A stretch of 64,000 nt of DNA, from contig QPMI01000470.1 of assembly GCA_004431415.1 (NCBI GenBank), positions 186,001 through 250,000 of the forward strand, in the 5' to 3' direction. Origin of the DNA: Cyanophora paradoxa CCMP329 (taxonomy: Eukaryota > Plantae > Glaucophyta). The notes beneath the pieces were generated by a model, which worked only from the letters and a program-made list of their open reading frames with translations, did no database searches and was not told the DNA's origin. Below, piece by piece: positions 47,501 through 60,992 of the stretch. Within the stretch, counting starts at the first letter, position 1. Every line of letters begins with the position of its first letter. Made by a program: the position numbers and the translations under genes.

Positions 47501-50500
47501 AAGTACGTGCAGGCCCGGCTCAAGGTACTAACCCTTCCTTTCCTGTACCCCTCCTTTCTGAGGGGGGTACCAGGCGGCGCAGGCGGCGCAGACGGGGCGG
47601 GCCGAGCTGCCCCGCGTAGGCTCGAGCAAGCGAGCCGCCGGGAACACGTCGCTCAAGGGAGCGCCGCCCCTCGCGGCCGCCGTGGGCGCGTCGGCCAGCA
47701 TGAAGCAGAGCATGAAGGGCGGCGCGTCGGGCCGCATTGTACCCTCCCTGGTCCTCGGCATCGGGCAGACGCCCCCGCCGGCACCCTACGGCGAACCAGC
47801 GGCGGTCGGGAGCCTCGGGGGACCCTTCGGCCCCGACGCGGGGGGCCGGCCCCGCATACCCCCCCTCCGCCAGACCTCCGTCACCTTCCACATACCCGAC
47901 AAGGCCGTCTCCGACAGCGAGTGCGTACCCCCCTTCCTCCTGGCCGCTCTCCCCCCCCCCTGCCTCATGCTGTACCCCCGCAGGGCCTTGATCCCCCAAT
48001 CCGTCATCCCCAGCAAGCCCCACGCCACCGCCCGCTCGTCCGGTAGCTCTACCTCCCTGCCCAGCTGTACCCCTCGGGGCTGATGTACCCCGTCCAGACG
48101 CGAGCTCCGGACGGGTACCGAGGCTGGACACGTTCAAAGCCGCGGAAGCGCGATCCTCCCACCCGGCCCCCGACTCCCCGACCCGCGAGCGCCGCGTCAT
48201 CGGTACCCCCCGTACCCCTTGTACCCCGCCCTCCTCTCAATCCCCCCTCTCTTAGACCCGGAGCTGGATGGCTCGGCTGCCCTCGACCCGACGGGCAAGG
48301 GCCCCCTCCCCATCCGGGCCCTCGCCGTACCCCCCCTCCTGGTCGCCACGGGCTCCTCGCCCGGCGCGAAGCCGTCCGCCCCCTCCTCCGACCCGTTGTA
48401 CCCCTCCTCCGACTCGCCCCCGGGCCGCCCTTCCACGAAGCTTCCCGTACCCGGGGGCGACGACAACTCTCGGCGCTTCAGCAGCGCTTGGACCGATCCG
48501 GAGGACGAGCCGTCCCCACTCCCCGAGCGGCCCCCAGCCCCCGTCCCGCCCCCGCCCCCGCCCAAGCCCGCCAGCCTCGGCCCTGCCATGCCCAAGCTCA
48601 AGATCGGCGGCCTGGGCCCCTCTGCGATGGGCTTGGGCCTCGGCCCCCCCGTGGACGAGCCGCCGGCAGCCCCACAGACCGAGCCCGCTCCCGCTCCCGC
48701 CCCTCCGCCCGTCCCGGTCGCCCCCGCATCCAATGGCGTCGGCCTCGCCATGCCCAAGCTCAAGATCGGCGGCCTGGGCCCCTCTGCGATGGGGCTCGGC
48801 CTCGGCCCGCCTGTCGACGAGCCGCCCGCTGCGCCCGCGGCGCCGCCGCCGGTTCCGAACGGCGCGCCGAGCGGATCCGCGATGCCCAAGCTCAAGATCG
48901 GCGGCCTGGGACCCTCAGCGATGGGCTTGGGTCTCGGCCCACCCGTCGACGAGCCGCCCGCTGCGCCCGCGGCGCCGCCACCGGTCCCGAACGGCGCGCC
49001 GAGCGGATCCGCGATGCCCAAGCTCAAGATCGGCGGCCTGGGACCCTCTGCGATGGGCTTGGGTCTCGGCCCACCCGTCGACGAGCCGCCCGCTGCGCCC
49101 GCGGCGCCGCCGCCGGTCCCGAACGGCGCGCCGAGCGGACCCGCCATGCCTAAACTCAAGATCGGCGGCCTGGGCCCCTCTGCGATGGGGCTCGGCCTCG
49201 GCCCGCCTGTCGACGAGCCGCCCGCTGCGCCCGCGGCGCCGCCGCCGGTCCCGAACGGCGCGCCGAGCGGATCCGCGATGCCAAAGCTCAAGATCGGCGG
49301 CCTGGGGCCCTCGGCGATGGGCTTGGGCCTTGGGCCACCCGCGGAAGAGTCGGCGGCGGAGGACGAGGCTGCGCCGGAGTCGCCGCGGCCGGCGACGCGC
49401 TCACAGAAAAGCGTCCAGCTCATGCCGAAGCTGAACCTGAGCTGGAAGGCGGGGCGGTCGGACGGGGGTACGGACAGCTCCGCCCTCGACGAGTCCGGCA
49501 CATACTACGACGACTCGTCCGACTACGAGACGGACATGGCGCGTACCCCCCACACACACACCTGAGCTCATCTTAGCTGAGCCCTTCGTTCGCGCGCAGA
49601 CGCCGCGGCCGTCAACGGTGCAGGCGAACAGCCTGAAGCGCATGCCCAAGCTGAACCTCAAGATGGCGGCGGGGGATAGGGGCCCGGCGGCCCCGGAGCC
49701 GACCCTTGCCCCGCCGGGCCCCGATGACCTCGCCTCCTCCGCCCCGCAGTCCTTCGTCTCCATCCCCTCCGGCCCCCTCGCCTTCCCGAACAAGCGCAAC
49801 AGCCTCCCCGCCATGCCCATGCCAGCTCCCGCCTCCGGCTCCGCGCTCGTCGCCGACCCGCCCCCCAAGCGTATGTCCATCCCTTCCATCCCCAAGCTCT
49901 CCCTCGCGGCCGGCGGGGGCGCCGGAGGCCTGCAGGGCATGCCGCCGGCCCCGGACGACCCGGCCGCGCTGGCGGAGGCGGCCGCGGCGGCGGGGACCCA
50001 GCCGACGGCCGGCGGCGCGGGGGGCAACGGCCTCGCGGCCCTCGCAGCCCGCGTCGACCCCGCCAACCCCAAGTTCCAGGTACCCCCCTCCTTGCTCCGC
50101 CTGCCTCGAAGCGGGACGTAACGGTGTACCCCCAGCTCGTGCTGGGGCAGCCCGCGAAGCCCGCGGCGGCGACAACCGCCGCCGCCGCGGCCCTCGCGAG
50201 CAACCCGACGCAGGAGCAGCTCATGACCGAGGCGCGCTCGCAACTCCTCCCGCCCCTTCCATTTTAAACTGACTCCTGTGAGCAGGCGGCGCTGTACGCG
50301 CGGGAGCGGGCGCACCGGCCGCTCTACGCCGACACGGCGCTCCACGTGACCCTCCTCGAGCTCGTCCTCGCCCTCCTCCTCTCCCCCAGCGGCGCCCTCG
50401 AGCGCCTCTACGCCCAGCAGATGCCCCACGCCGAGAAGAAGGCGCGCACCGCCGAACGCTGTACCCCCCCGCACCCCGGCTCGCGCCCTGACGAACGCTC

Positions 50501-53500
50501 AGACGAACGTTCCCTTCCTGCTCCACCTGCACCTGAACCACCCCGCGAACGCCGCCGTCGTACCCCTGCTCGCCGAGTGGGCCTTCTCAGCCAACCGGCG
50601 CGCCCCCCCGCTTCCCTTCCTCCACCCGCCCCCCCTCCCGTTCTTATCCCGTACCCCCGCCGCAGGCACCTTGCGAGGCTGGCGCGGCTGCTCTGCGGGC
50701 GGCTCTTCTGCGGGGAGCTCTACAGGGATCGCGAGCGCGTCGCCGCCGGCGCCTACGGCGTCGTCCACCGCTGCCGGCGCGCCCGTTTCGGCATTCTGTA
50801 ACGCTCAAAGGCTGATAATTCAAGAAACTTAGAATCTTAACTCCTTTCAGCCTGTCTCCTCTGCCTTCCTTTCCTCACGCTCCCTCGCAGGCTGCCGCGG
50901 GAGGTGGGCGCCGGGGTACGGGGCGGGGCGCAGGCCCTCCCCCCCTCCCCCTACGAGGGCGGCGGCCACTCCCTCCCCGAGCAGGACCGCCTCGTCGCCG
51001 TGAAGGTGCCGTACCCCCCGGTTTCTTCCCCCCCTCTACAACCCAACCGACGCGGGGGGGGTACGCAGATCATGGACCTGCCGCTGAGCGTGCACGACCG
51101 CTGCGTGCTCTTCGACGTGTACCACGAGATCCAGGCCCTCGAGGAGCTCCAGGCGTACCCCGCCGCCTGCCGCATGCGCGTACCCCCCTCCCGCTTGCCA
51201 CCCGAACACGTACCCCCCCCTGACCGGCCGCCCCCTGCAGGTACGACTACGGGGTGGACGAGCACGCGTACTACATCGTGATGGAGGCGTACGGCATGTC
51301 GCTGAGGCAGTGGCGCCTGAAGGCCGCTCCGCCGCCGGCGCGCCCAGGCCACGAGGAGGAGGAGGAGGCCGAGGCGCGGGAGCGCGCGGCGGGGGCCCCG
51401 GAGCGGGAGCACGTACCCCGGTTCCTGGTGCCGACGCTCCTGCGGCTCTTCCGGCAGGCCCTCGACTGCTGCCGTACCCTCTCCGCCCGCGGCGTCCTCC
51501 ACTTCGACATCAAGGTACCCCCTCCCCCGTACCCCGCGAACCTGTCTTCGCCGTGGACTCATTCCCCCCCTCCACCCCCCCCCCCTTCGCTCAGGCGGAC
51601 AACTTTCTTCTGCGGCCCGTACCCCGCCCCGGGCCCTCCGAATCCGGGAACCCCCACTACGCTGTCGTCGTCGCCGGTGGGTCCCGCTCCTCTACTCCCC
51701 CCCCTCCCCCCCCCCCCCAACCTCCCCCGCCCCCCGCCAGAAAACTAATTTTTGGAAACCAGACTTTGGGGAGTCGAAGGTGTACCAAATGGAGGAGGAC
51801 GGGCACACGTTCCGGAACAGGGGTACCGAGTTCATCAAGAGCCCCGAGATGCTCACGATCGCGAACGCGTCCCAGCAGGTCCGCTCGCTCGTGTACCCCG
51901 GTCTCTGATAGATTCGGATCGTAGAGCTCGTCTAGCCGCAAACTAGATGCGAGAGATGTCTTCCACGTCGCTTTTTCGTGCATCTGTACCCCCTGAGCCC
52001 GCTTCTGTACCCCCGCAGACGCGTGCGACGTACGACCGGCGGCGGAAGAACGGCGCCGGCGCCGCGTCGGACGTCTGGTCCGTCGGCTGCCTCTTCTACG
52101 AGCTCCTCGCGGTGCCCCTACCCCCCGCGCAATCTTACCCTCCCCCTTCCCCGTCTCATCCTCCCGTACCCCCCCGCAGGGAGAGTTTCTGTTCCACGAT
52201 GACGACTGGATCCGCTTCTTCATCCGGCTGACCACCGTGGACCAGGTGATTGCGCCGCGTCGCGGAAGCGCACCGAGCACCCCTCGGAGCCGTCACTAGA
52301 TGCGACTCCAGCAACCTAGAACTCACTAGTATCTCATCTGGGCTACTCCTCTCCTCTCCCTGGGGAACAAGCCTAGGGAACAAGCGCCGAGCTGAGCGAG
52401 ACGCGCGCGCACAGGTGGACCTCCTGCCGCCGGAGCGGCGGGCGAAGCTGGAGCCGCTGCCGGGGGCCCTCGAGTTCCTCGAGTACGTCCTCGTCCGGGA
52501 CCCCATCCGCAGGCGAGCGAGCGAGCGGCCTTTGCCTTTGCCTTTCGGTCCAGTCGGTCCTTCGCCTTATCTGGGGCGGCATGCGCAGACCGACGATCGA
52601 GGACGTCGCGCGGCGCTTCGACGCGACCGTCGGGAAGCTCGCGGAGCCGGCGGGGCCCCAGGAGGAGGAGGAGGGCGCGGCGGAGGGCGGGGCGGGGCGG
52701 GGAGGGGGGCGGCACCCCCGGCGGGGCCCCCGGCTCGCGTTCCTGTGCGGGCGGGAGGGGCCCCTGGCGGGCGAGGGCGGCGGCGCGATCCGCTCCGCGG
52801 GCGGCGCGGCCCTCACGCGGCGCGCGTCGGCCTCGGCGGTCGCGGTACCCCTCGCGCCGGCGCCGGCGCCGACGCCGACGCCGGCGCCGGAGCCGACGGC
52901 CGCGGACCGCACGGCGGCCGTCTACGCGGCCCGTGTCACGCTCCTCACCGACGAGATCGCAGTCTGCCCTGACGCCCTCGCCGCCGACCCCGCCGTGCGC
53001 CCGTTCCCGTGTCCGCGATTCGATCCGATTTCGACGTACCCCCCCTCTCCAACCCGCAGGCGCTGCTGGAGGCGGACGTCACGCACCTCGTGGACTGCTC
53101 GCCGGCGGGGGCGGGGGCGGGGCGCGCTGGCGCCGGGCCCGAGCCACTCCCTGCGGCGCTCCGCATGGGCTTCGAGCGCTGCCGACCCCTCGTGGAGGCC
53201 GGCGGCGACTTCGGCGCGGCGGTCGAGCGGGTCGCGGCCCTCGCGCGCCACGCGGCGCTCCGCTGCGGGCGCCTCGCGCTGCACAGCGGCCTGGGCGAGC
53301 CGTGCTGGGGCCGGGCGGCCACGCTCGCCGCCTGCGCCCTCGCCCTCCGCGGCCCCTGCACCCTCTACGAGGCCTTCCTCCACGTCCGCCAGCGCCTCCC
53401 GCCCTTCGCCGGCCTCGACCCTCCCTCGCCGCCCAGGCCGTCGCCTGGGCCGAGGCCCGCGCCGCCCCGCCCAGGCCCGGCCCCGGCCCGCCGCCTCCGC

Positions 53501-53976
53501 TGGCCTTCGGCTGCGCCTGCGGGGCGGTTCGCGTGGAGCTGGCTCGCCCCTTCGCCGGCGACGGCGCCGCGAACCCGCGGGCGTGCGCGTGCGACGTGGA
53601 CCGGCCCTCCATCGACTGCCCCTCCCCCGCCTGCGCCGCCCTCCTCGACGAGATCCGCCTCCACTACGGGGCCGCCCCGGACGCCCTCTCCTGGGGGTAC
53701 GCCGCCGCCCCCGACGTCCGCGTCCTCCCGGCACCCCCCGCCGCCCCCGCCCACGAGCCCTTCGACCCGCTGCTCGCGGTGCCCGCCGGCCTGCGGGGCC
53801 GCGCGCAGCGGCGGAAGCCGTGGACGCTCTTCCGCTGCCGCTCCTGCCGCTGCCCGACGCACGCCGTGCCGGGCGCCCCCGCCACGTCCATAGCCGTCGT
53901 CTCCAACCTGGCTCGCCTCCTCGCCCCGGGCCCGGGCCCGGGCCCAGACCCCCACCCGCGCGCGCCGCCCCGGTAG
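43469..53976 (+). CDS. Large Ser/Thr protein kinase with a long N-terminal region, a C-terminal dual-specificity-phosphatase-like domain and a Cys-rich domain
   Basis: Kinase motifs at about 50700-52630: AAGAYGVV, VAVK, HEIQALE, YIVMEAY, LHFDIK/ADNFL, DFGES, GTEFIKSPE, SDVWSVGCLFYEL, DPIRR/PT. Then VTHLVDCS..LALHSG..RAATLAACAL..LYEAFLHVRQR and CACG..CAC..CP..C..CRSC. Upstream exons appear continuous from ATG 43469, but a single gene is inferred rather than proven. Confidence 0.8.
48588..49340 (+). repeat. Coding tandem repeat, six copies, 132-bp (44 aa) period
   Basis: MPKLKIGGLGPSAMGLGLGPPVDEPPAAPAAPPPVPNGAPSGSA units start at about 48588, 48750, 48882, 49014, 49146 and 49278. Differences among the last five are mostly synonymous. 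Confidence 0.93.
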
Positions 53977-54969
53977 CCTTAGCTTGGCGGCGCCCGGCCC
54001 CGGCCCCGCGCCGCAGTTTTGCAATTGTGCACATGTACAGCCCCCCGGCCCCGCCGGCTAGTTTGTGTACGTATACCAGCCCAGTCAATGCACCAGCTCT
54101 CGATCTAGCGATCATGACCAACAGCCGAGTCACGCTCAGGGTAGGCCTAGGGGCGAGGCTGCAGCAGCTTTTGAAAGCCTAGTAGCTAGCCTAGCAGCCT
54201 GCAGCTGGCAGCTGAATTCAATGATTGCAGTGACTGCGGCAGGGTCCGCAGTGACTCCGCAGTGAGTCCGCACTGACTCCGCAGGGATCGACCGCAGCAG
54301 GGTGCCAGGCACTGCCATGCAGGATGCAGGATGATGCAGCCCGCGGCCCACTGCCACAGCAGGTGGCAGGAGCCCAAACAGCTGCAGACGAAGCCTTCAC
54401 ATGCATATGCATGATCATGATCATGATTGTGTGATCGGCGCTCCGCAGTCGGGGTACAGTCTTGAGTCTGCCAGCCTGTGCCCTGCATGCACGCAAAATA
54501 AAAAATATTCTTTGGGGTACAGACCGTACAGCCGACCGTCCATCACGGTCCTGCCGGCGCCGCGCGGCCCGCGCCGCCGGCGCATCTCCCCATGATCTCC
54601 CGTGAATTCAAATTCCCGTTCGCGTCTCGTACCGTACTACCGTAGTACGCGAATGCTCCGAGGCTCCATCGCCGCCGACCGCGGGCCGCGGGCCGCGGCG
54701 CATCCCGTGCAGAGACGTGCTTAGGGCCTTATATAATTAGGCGCGCGGAGTGACGCCGGAGGTGGCCCGCCGGAGTCCTGCTGCTCCTGCACGCCCCCCG
54801 ACGCGCGCGGCGCCGGAACGCGTACGAGCTCGAGCAACAGCACTGCGCGCAGCACGACTAATGCGCGGCTGCGCGAGATAGCTACAGTAGTTAAGCAGCA
54901 AACTAGCTCAACTTTATGGTCGCACCTTGACGGCGCGCGCGCGGCGCAAATCAGTCCGGCCGGTTTCCC

Positions 54970-57900
54970 ATGGCGACGATGTCTCCTGCCATCGATGCCG
55001 CAGCCAGGAAGGCTGCCGCTTCGGAGCCTCTGGAGCCCGAGCTGGTCGCTAGGCGTGCGCTAGAACACATCGACCATCTCGTCGTCGCTTTTGGAGCGGT
55101 CAACATCGAGGACGACGCGTCGGACGCCGAGCGTTCCGGGCCCACGGGCCCGGCCGCGGATCCTCCCGCTGCAGCAGCCGCGGCAGGGCCCGCTCCCGTG
55201 CATGCACAGGCGCCAGCGGTGCAGACGGCAGATTCCGCGCACCCCAAGTTCGTGCAGCTGCCGACGCCGCTCACAACCACCGTGCGCCTCGCGATCGAGC
55301 TCCCCCCCGCCCCTCCCCGCCGCGCGCCGCGCGCCTCTGAGACGTGCGCGCGCAGCCGCCGCCCTACTGGGCGTCGGAGGAGGAGCTGGCGGCGCTCGCC
55401 TCCGCCGCAGAGGCCGCGGGGGCGCCGGAGGCGCTCGCCGCGGAGGAGGGGCGGGAGCGGCTCGCGCGGCTCCTCGCCGACCCGCGCATCCTCGCGACTC
55501 CGCTCTTCGGCACCTTCTGCGGGCGGCAGCGCCTGCACGCCATCTTTGCAGGCCTGCGCGCCTTCTCCCGCGACGCGTCGGGCACGCGCCTCGTCTGGGC
55601 GATCGTCCGCTCGCTCCTGGAGGCGCTGCTGCAGCCGCCGCCGGCCGCGGACGAGGGCCCCTCGCCCTTCCGCGAGGCTGACGTCGGCCGCCTGATCGAC
55701 CTCGCCACCGCTTTCGTCGAGGCGCGCCCGCCCGCCCGCCCGCCCGCCCGCCCGCCCGCCGCGCTTCGGGCGGCCGCCCCCGACTCGGCGACGCCGCCGC
55801 GCATGCGCAGACGTGCACGTCGTGGAGCTCGCGGATCGACTGGGACCTCTTCCTCCTCCAGCCGCCCCTCGCGGACCGCCTCGCCCTCTGCGCCGCGGAC
55901 CTCGCCCTGCCCTTTGCCGACCGCCCGGGCCCCATCCACGCCCGCGCCCTCATGCTCCGCGCCAACATCCACCGCGTCGTGCGCCGCCCACCGCTCCGGC
56001 CGCGGCCCGCCCGCTGTTCGGCCGCCAACTGCCGTCGGCCGCGTCGCAGTTCGACCGGGCCGGCCCTGCCATCGAACTCTACTACGAGGCCCGCCCCCCC
56101 GCCAGCCCGCCCGCCGCCGCCGCCGCCGCCAATGCCGTCGGCGCAGGCGTGGTCCGACCTGCGGCGCAAGGCGCTGACTCCGAGCGACGAGGAGGCGAAT
56201 ATTATTCGCCGCCTCGCCATGCTCCTCTGTCCGCCGCCCCGCCCCGCCCCGCCCCGCCTTGCCTCGCCTCGCCCCGCCTGACGCCCGCGCTCGCCAGACG
56301 AGACCCAGCAGCTGCGGACCGCCCATTACGGTAAGCACCTCGACAGACCGCGCCCGCGGCGATCGACGCGGCCGCTGACGCGCGCGGCCGGCAGTGAGCG
56401 GCTCGGCCTACCTGCCGCCGGGCGCGACTGGCGAGGAGCGGATGGTCGAGGAGTACCACCTAGCCTACCTCAACGGTCCGCGCGATCCTGCCCGCACGCG
56501 CAGGAGCCGCGCCCCTCACGCCGCGCGCGCAGTGGTTTCGCTGCGCTGGCGCAACGAGTTCGCACTCGCTGAGCGGTACGGGCGGCGCTGCCTCGAGATC
56601 GCGGAGAAGCTGGGGCCCCCCTCCTCGCAGTGCGCCCGCGCGTCCGCCCGCGCGGCTCCGCCGCTCGCCCGCCCCGCCTAAGCCTACGACGCCCCCGGCA
56701 GCGTGCTGCGCATACGAGTCCTGATGGACCTCATTACGATCTCCAACCACCGCCGTGCGCCCGCCCCGCCCGCCTCGGCCCGCCTCCGCCTCCGCCCCCG
56801 CCCCCGCGCCGCACCCCGCGAGCCCCGCCGCAGTCCAGCCGCGCGGCATCTGGGGGTACGGGCGCATGGCCAGCGAAGACTGCATGGCTCTGCACGTGCG
56901 GCCGTACCCTCCCCTCCCCCATCCCCCCCCCCCCCCCCCCCCCATCCCCTCCCCCTTCCTTGGCCTCGTCGCCGCCCTCACCGCTCACCGCCCTCGTCGC
57001 CTCGGCCCAGGACCCCTCCGCAGCCGAGCTCGACATGCTCTCCTGCCTCCGCACCGTCCGGCGCTACGTGCGCCGCCCGGCCCCGCCCCCGGCCCGCCCC
57101 GCCCGCCCCGCCCCGCCCTGCCCCCTGAGAGCTTAGAGAGCCGCGGCTTATAATTAGAGAAGGGCTTAGATTCGAAGCCCCGCACCCGCCCCCGCCCCGC
57201 CCCCGCCCCCGCCCCGCCCCCGCCCCCGCCCGGCCCCGCCGAACGACGCCAACACGGATGTGCCGGGCCGCCCGCTGACAAACATAAAGAAAGCATGTAT
57301 ACAAACATAAATAAGCATGTTCTCAAACATAAGCTTGCTCATAAAGAAGCTAACTCGCTCGCTCGCTCGCGACAGCTCCCCATCGAAGCGTTCATCGGAG
57401 CCTGCAAGCTGGGCGCCTTCACGTTCAAGGCACGTGCCCCACCCCCCACCCCTCCCCCCGCTCCAAAGACGCTCCGGCTCTTTTGAGAGCTTAGATAAAT
57501 CATGATTAATTAGCTTATCATGATGAGCTATATATAGCTGATCGTGATTGATTTCGCCCCACAGCGCGTGACGGCGGCGCTGGTGAAGGACGTCCCTATG
57601 GTGGCCCACGCCCTCTACCAGCTGGGGGACGGCCAGCTCGCAGCGGGGGACGGCCCCGCCGCCGCCCGCAGCTTCGCCGCGAGCCTGGCCGCCCTGGAGC
57701 CCTTCGCATGGACGTTTCCCCCCGACCACCCGCGCCGGGCCCGCATCGAGTGGGTCCTCTCGGAGCTCCGCGCCGGCCGCCTCCCGCGGGCCGCCTTCCC
57801 CCCGCCCGAGCAGGACACGACCTCCCTCAACTCGCCCCCCCTGCCGGCGGCCATGGAGTACCCCCCCGCCGCCTCCTCCTCCCACTCCAACCGCAGCTTC

Positions 57901-58611
57901 ACGAGCACATTCCTCTCCCGTCGGGCCGCCCCCGCCGCGGACCCCGCCGGTACCCCGTCTCCCCGGGCCGCGGTACCCCCGTCCGAGGGGGGTACGGCCC
58001 TTCCCTCTTCCTCTTCTTCTTCTCCTTCCTTGAGGCCAGCAAGCGGGCGCGGCCGTCGGCGGCAGCGGCCGGCGGCGGAGGATGTCGTGCGACCGCTTCG
58101 GCCCCTGCGGCCCGCCCCGGGGCCCGGGCCCGGGCCCCCCATGGCCATCTCGCAGCCCTCCCCGCCCCCGATGATGACGCCCCCGCCCCCGCCCTCGCCC
58201 TCGCCCCCGGCCCCGCCCCCGGCTGGAGGCTTGGCGCAGCCTATCTTCGTTTTCGGCGCAGCGAGCCCGTTTCCTCCACCGTTCACGGATCCGAATCCGC
58301 CTGCGCTCTTCTGCTTGCCGCTCGTTTCGGCGTCGGCCGTGCATGCGGCCGGGCGCGCGGAATTCGAAGGCGGCAGCCGTCCCACCGCGCCCGTGCCTGT
58401 ACACGTGTCCCCGCGGGACGCATCTGGACCTGCGCCCTCGGCATCTAGATCTCCGGATCCGGGCTCGGATCCCCCGGCGTCCGGTTTCGAAGGGTCCGGG
58501 AGTCCCCCGCCCCTCTCCTTCAGCCGCCCTCTGCACATGCGTGCCGCGCCGGATGTCGACACTCCCTCGCCCGTCTATCCCAGCCACCCCGTTTACTTGG
58601 GCGCACTGTAA
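54970..58611 (+). CDS. Uncharacterised helical / TPR-like protein with a Pro-rich tail, multi-exon
   Basis: Exons include WRNEFALAERYGRRCLEIAEKL and VAHALYQLGDGQLAAGDGPAAARSFAASLAALE..PDHP (TPR-like). Splice signals are consistent. Confidence 0.55.
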
Positions 58612-58726
58612 CCAAATTCCAACCTTCATACGTGTGCGATAGCTTTGGCTACTTGATATACCAATTTATACTAGTAAGTAGATATGCGTTTGCACTGGGT
58701 TTATTATGCATTACTGAAATCTTTGT

Positions 58727-58756
58727 TTTTGGCGAATTACCGGCCACAGCCTCTAG
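58727..58756 (-). repeat. Remnant of the shared retroposon tail
   Basis: TTTTGGCGAATTACCGGCCACAGCCTCTAG is the reverse complement of the tail at 16618-16646 with one mismatch. Confidence 0.7.
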
Positions 58757-59645
58757 TACTGAAATCTTACTTCAGACCCCTGATTTTACGTATATACGTA
58801 AGTTGCCGCGCGGGGCACCTGCACCTGCGCCACAAAAACGCAAGGAGTTGGCCAGGGCCCGCCCGGCCGGGCGTGAGATCTAGAGGCGAGCTCGAGGCGG
58901 CGGCCCACGGCCGGCTCCGGATCCCGGGGGCGGCCCGGCGGTCGATCTCGAAACGTCCACTCCTATAAAGTATTTGCTTGCGGAGAATCGAAATCATTTA
59001 TCTGTATAAGTATCTCTGGTTGCAGCTGCGGGGCGCCGGGGGGGGGGGGGGGGGGGGGTTAATGTCTGAACAACGTTATCTAGTACTGTGCTAGCGCTAA
59101 GCTTAATTAAGTCGGCACTTGGAAAGCCGGAGCTTTATATCGAGTCCACGGCCGGAGCTCGAATCCGAGGCGCACTATGTATAGCTATGTATGTATAGCC
59201 CTCCCCCCTCAAGCCTCCCGCCATCCCGCCCCCACCCACCATCCCTGCCCCCTCTATTTCTGTTCACTTATAGCAGTGAAAAGCCAGAGATCTATACAGA
59301 TCTATACAGATCTATAGCTATGCATATGCGGCCATCGACATCAAAATTGATACACAACGGCACATGTATTTTAATCTCTGCCGCATTAATTCAATCATTG
59401 ATGATTGAACAAAAGCCTGCATCCGCAAAAAGATTTTGAAGATGCATCAGCTTACGATCAGAGAATATGCATGGCAAGGATGATTGATACGAAATGGAAC
59501 AGCAACGTATAATTGCGAACGGTAGATGAATACAGATAAATACAACCTTTACTTCGCGAGATAAATGTAAACGCTGTGTGTAAATCGCAAGCCTAATGGC
59601 AAAAATTGCGATTGAACCGCATTGCAATGGAATTTTGAAATAGTG

Positions 59646-60550
59646 TCAAGGCTCGGCAACCGGTACCGGCGCCTCTATGGTTTCTGGATCGTGATCATAT
59701 GCCTGATGTTGAATCGCATGTGGCAGCTGCAGGGGGCTCTCTCGATCTGTAGGCCGGCTAGCGCTCTGAACGTGGATTCTCCGAACCCGCCGCCGTCGCC
59801 GTCTAACCATAAAGACATAGAAAACCACGAGAGCGGTAGCGATGACAGCCACTGTGACGCCCGCCGCAACTCCGGCAATGAGCCCCACCGGTATCGGTGT
59901 GCCTCCATTTGCAGTGTCGCCGCCACGTGCACCGGCATTGGAAGTCCCGGTACCCGTGCCCGCAGTTGTGGACGTCGATGGCGCCGCGGCCGGGGTCGAC
60001 GGCGCTACGGATGTCACCTGGGTGCGCAGGATCTTCACCCCGCCCGTTGCCGCCTCGATCTCGCGCGCCGTCGAGTCGGCCAACACGACATTTGCCAAGC
60101 GCTGCAGCGCCTCTGCCCGGTCCGCCTCGCGCGGGACGCCGCTTGCGCTCATGTTCACGGCAGCGCTGAATTCGAGCACAACGACTTCGACCCCCTTGTC
60201 GTCCGCCTGCATCAAGGCCCTTTTCCGCGATCGCGATGCCGCTCTGGACCTCATGATCAGAGCCGACGCCCTTGGTACGCATCGTACGGACTTGATAGTT
60301 AGTTTGGTGCCCTCGCTGGCCAGCGCCTGTGCGCGCGGCACGTGCACGCTCAGTAAATCCTGGCTTGCATACGTTCCGCGCAGCATGCGCAGGTGGAAGT
60401 CGAACGAACCTTGGCGAAAGCTCCATGGATGGACTCGCCATACGAGTCCAGGAAAATCGAAAAGGGGACATTCCAGGGACATTGGCGAGAAACTGAGCAA
60501 GGATAACAACTACGCACGCACGTACCACACTCCTCCTATTTTCAGTTTCT
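59646..60550 (-). CDS. Single-pass (type I-like) membrane protein, start uncertain
   Basis: Ser/Thr/Gly stalk, TM segment VGLIAGVAAGVTVAVIATALVVFYVFMV, RRRRRR stop-transfer, short tail, stop at 59646. Confidence 0.65.
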
Positions 60551-60992
60551 CGCCAATCCCTTCCTGTGAGATCCCGATTCCGGCCCCCCGGGGGACCCCC
60601 GCCCCCCGGCCCCCCTGCTTCCCGGGGCCGCCAGGCCGCGCCGCTCAAGGAGCAGCATTGCAATGCCAGCCCGAGCTAATGCGCGCCTCTACCGTGCCGG
60701 TCGCCGGCTTTTCTCCAGATTTGATCTCTGCCCCCGAGGGCGCTCGGCGGGCCGCCCCGGCCTTGCGCGCACGCGCCCCCGGCCCCGCCCTCGGCAGTCG
60801 GCCTCGCGCGGCTTGCGCGCCTGACAAATAACCGCTAGTGCACGCCGCCGTGATAGCTGGTTATCCCGGGGACCAGCTCCAACTCGCGGCCGCCAAGTGC
60901 ATCAAGAGTTGAGCGCGAGCGGTCAAGGACGAGCACAAGTCTTCTCTTTATAAAAATACAGCGCTAGCATACTAACGTTCTATCTATAGCAG

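Noticed and set aside
59038-59058. Long poly-G run as a functional G-quadruplex
   Set aside because: G/C runs are ubiquitous here and homopolymer length is unreliable.
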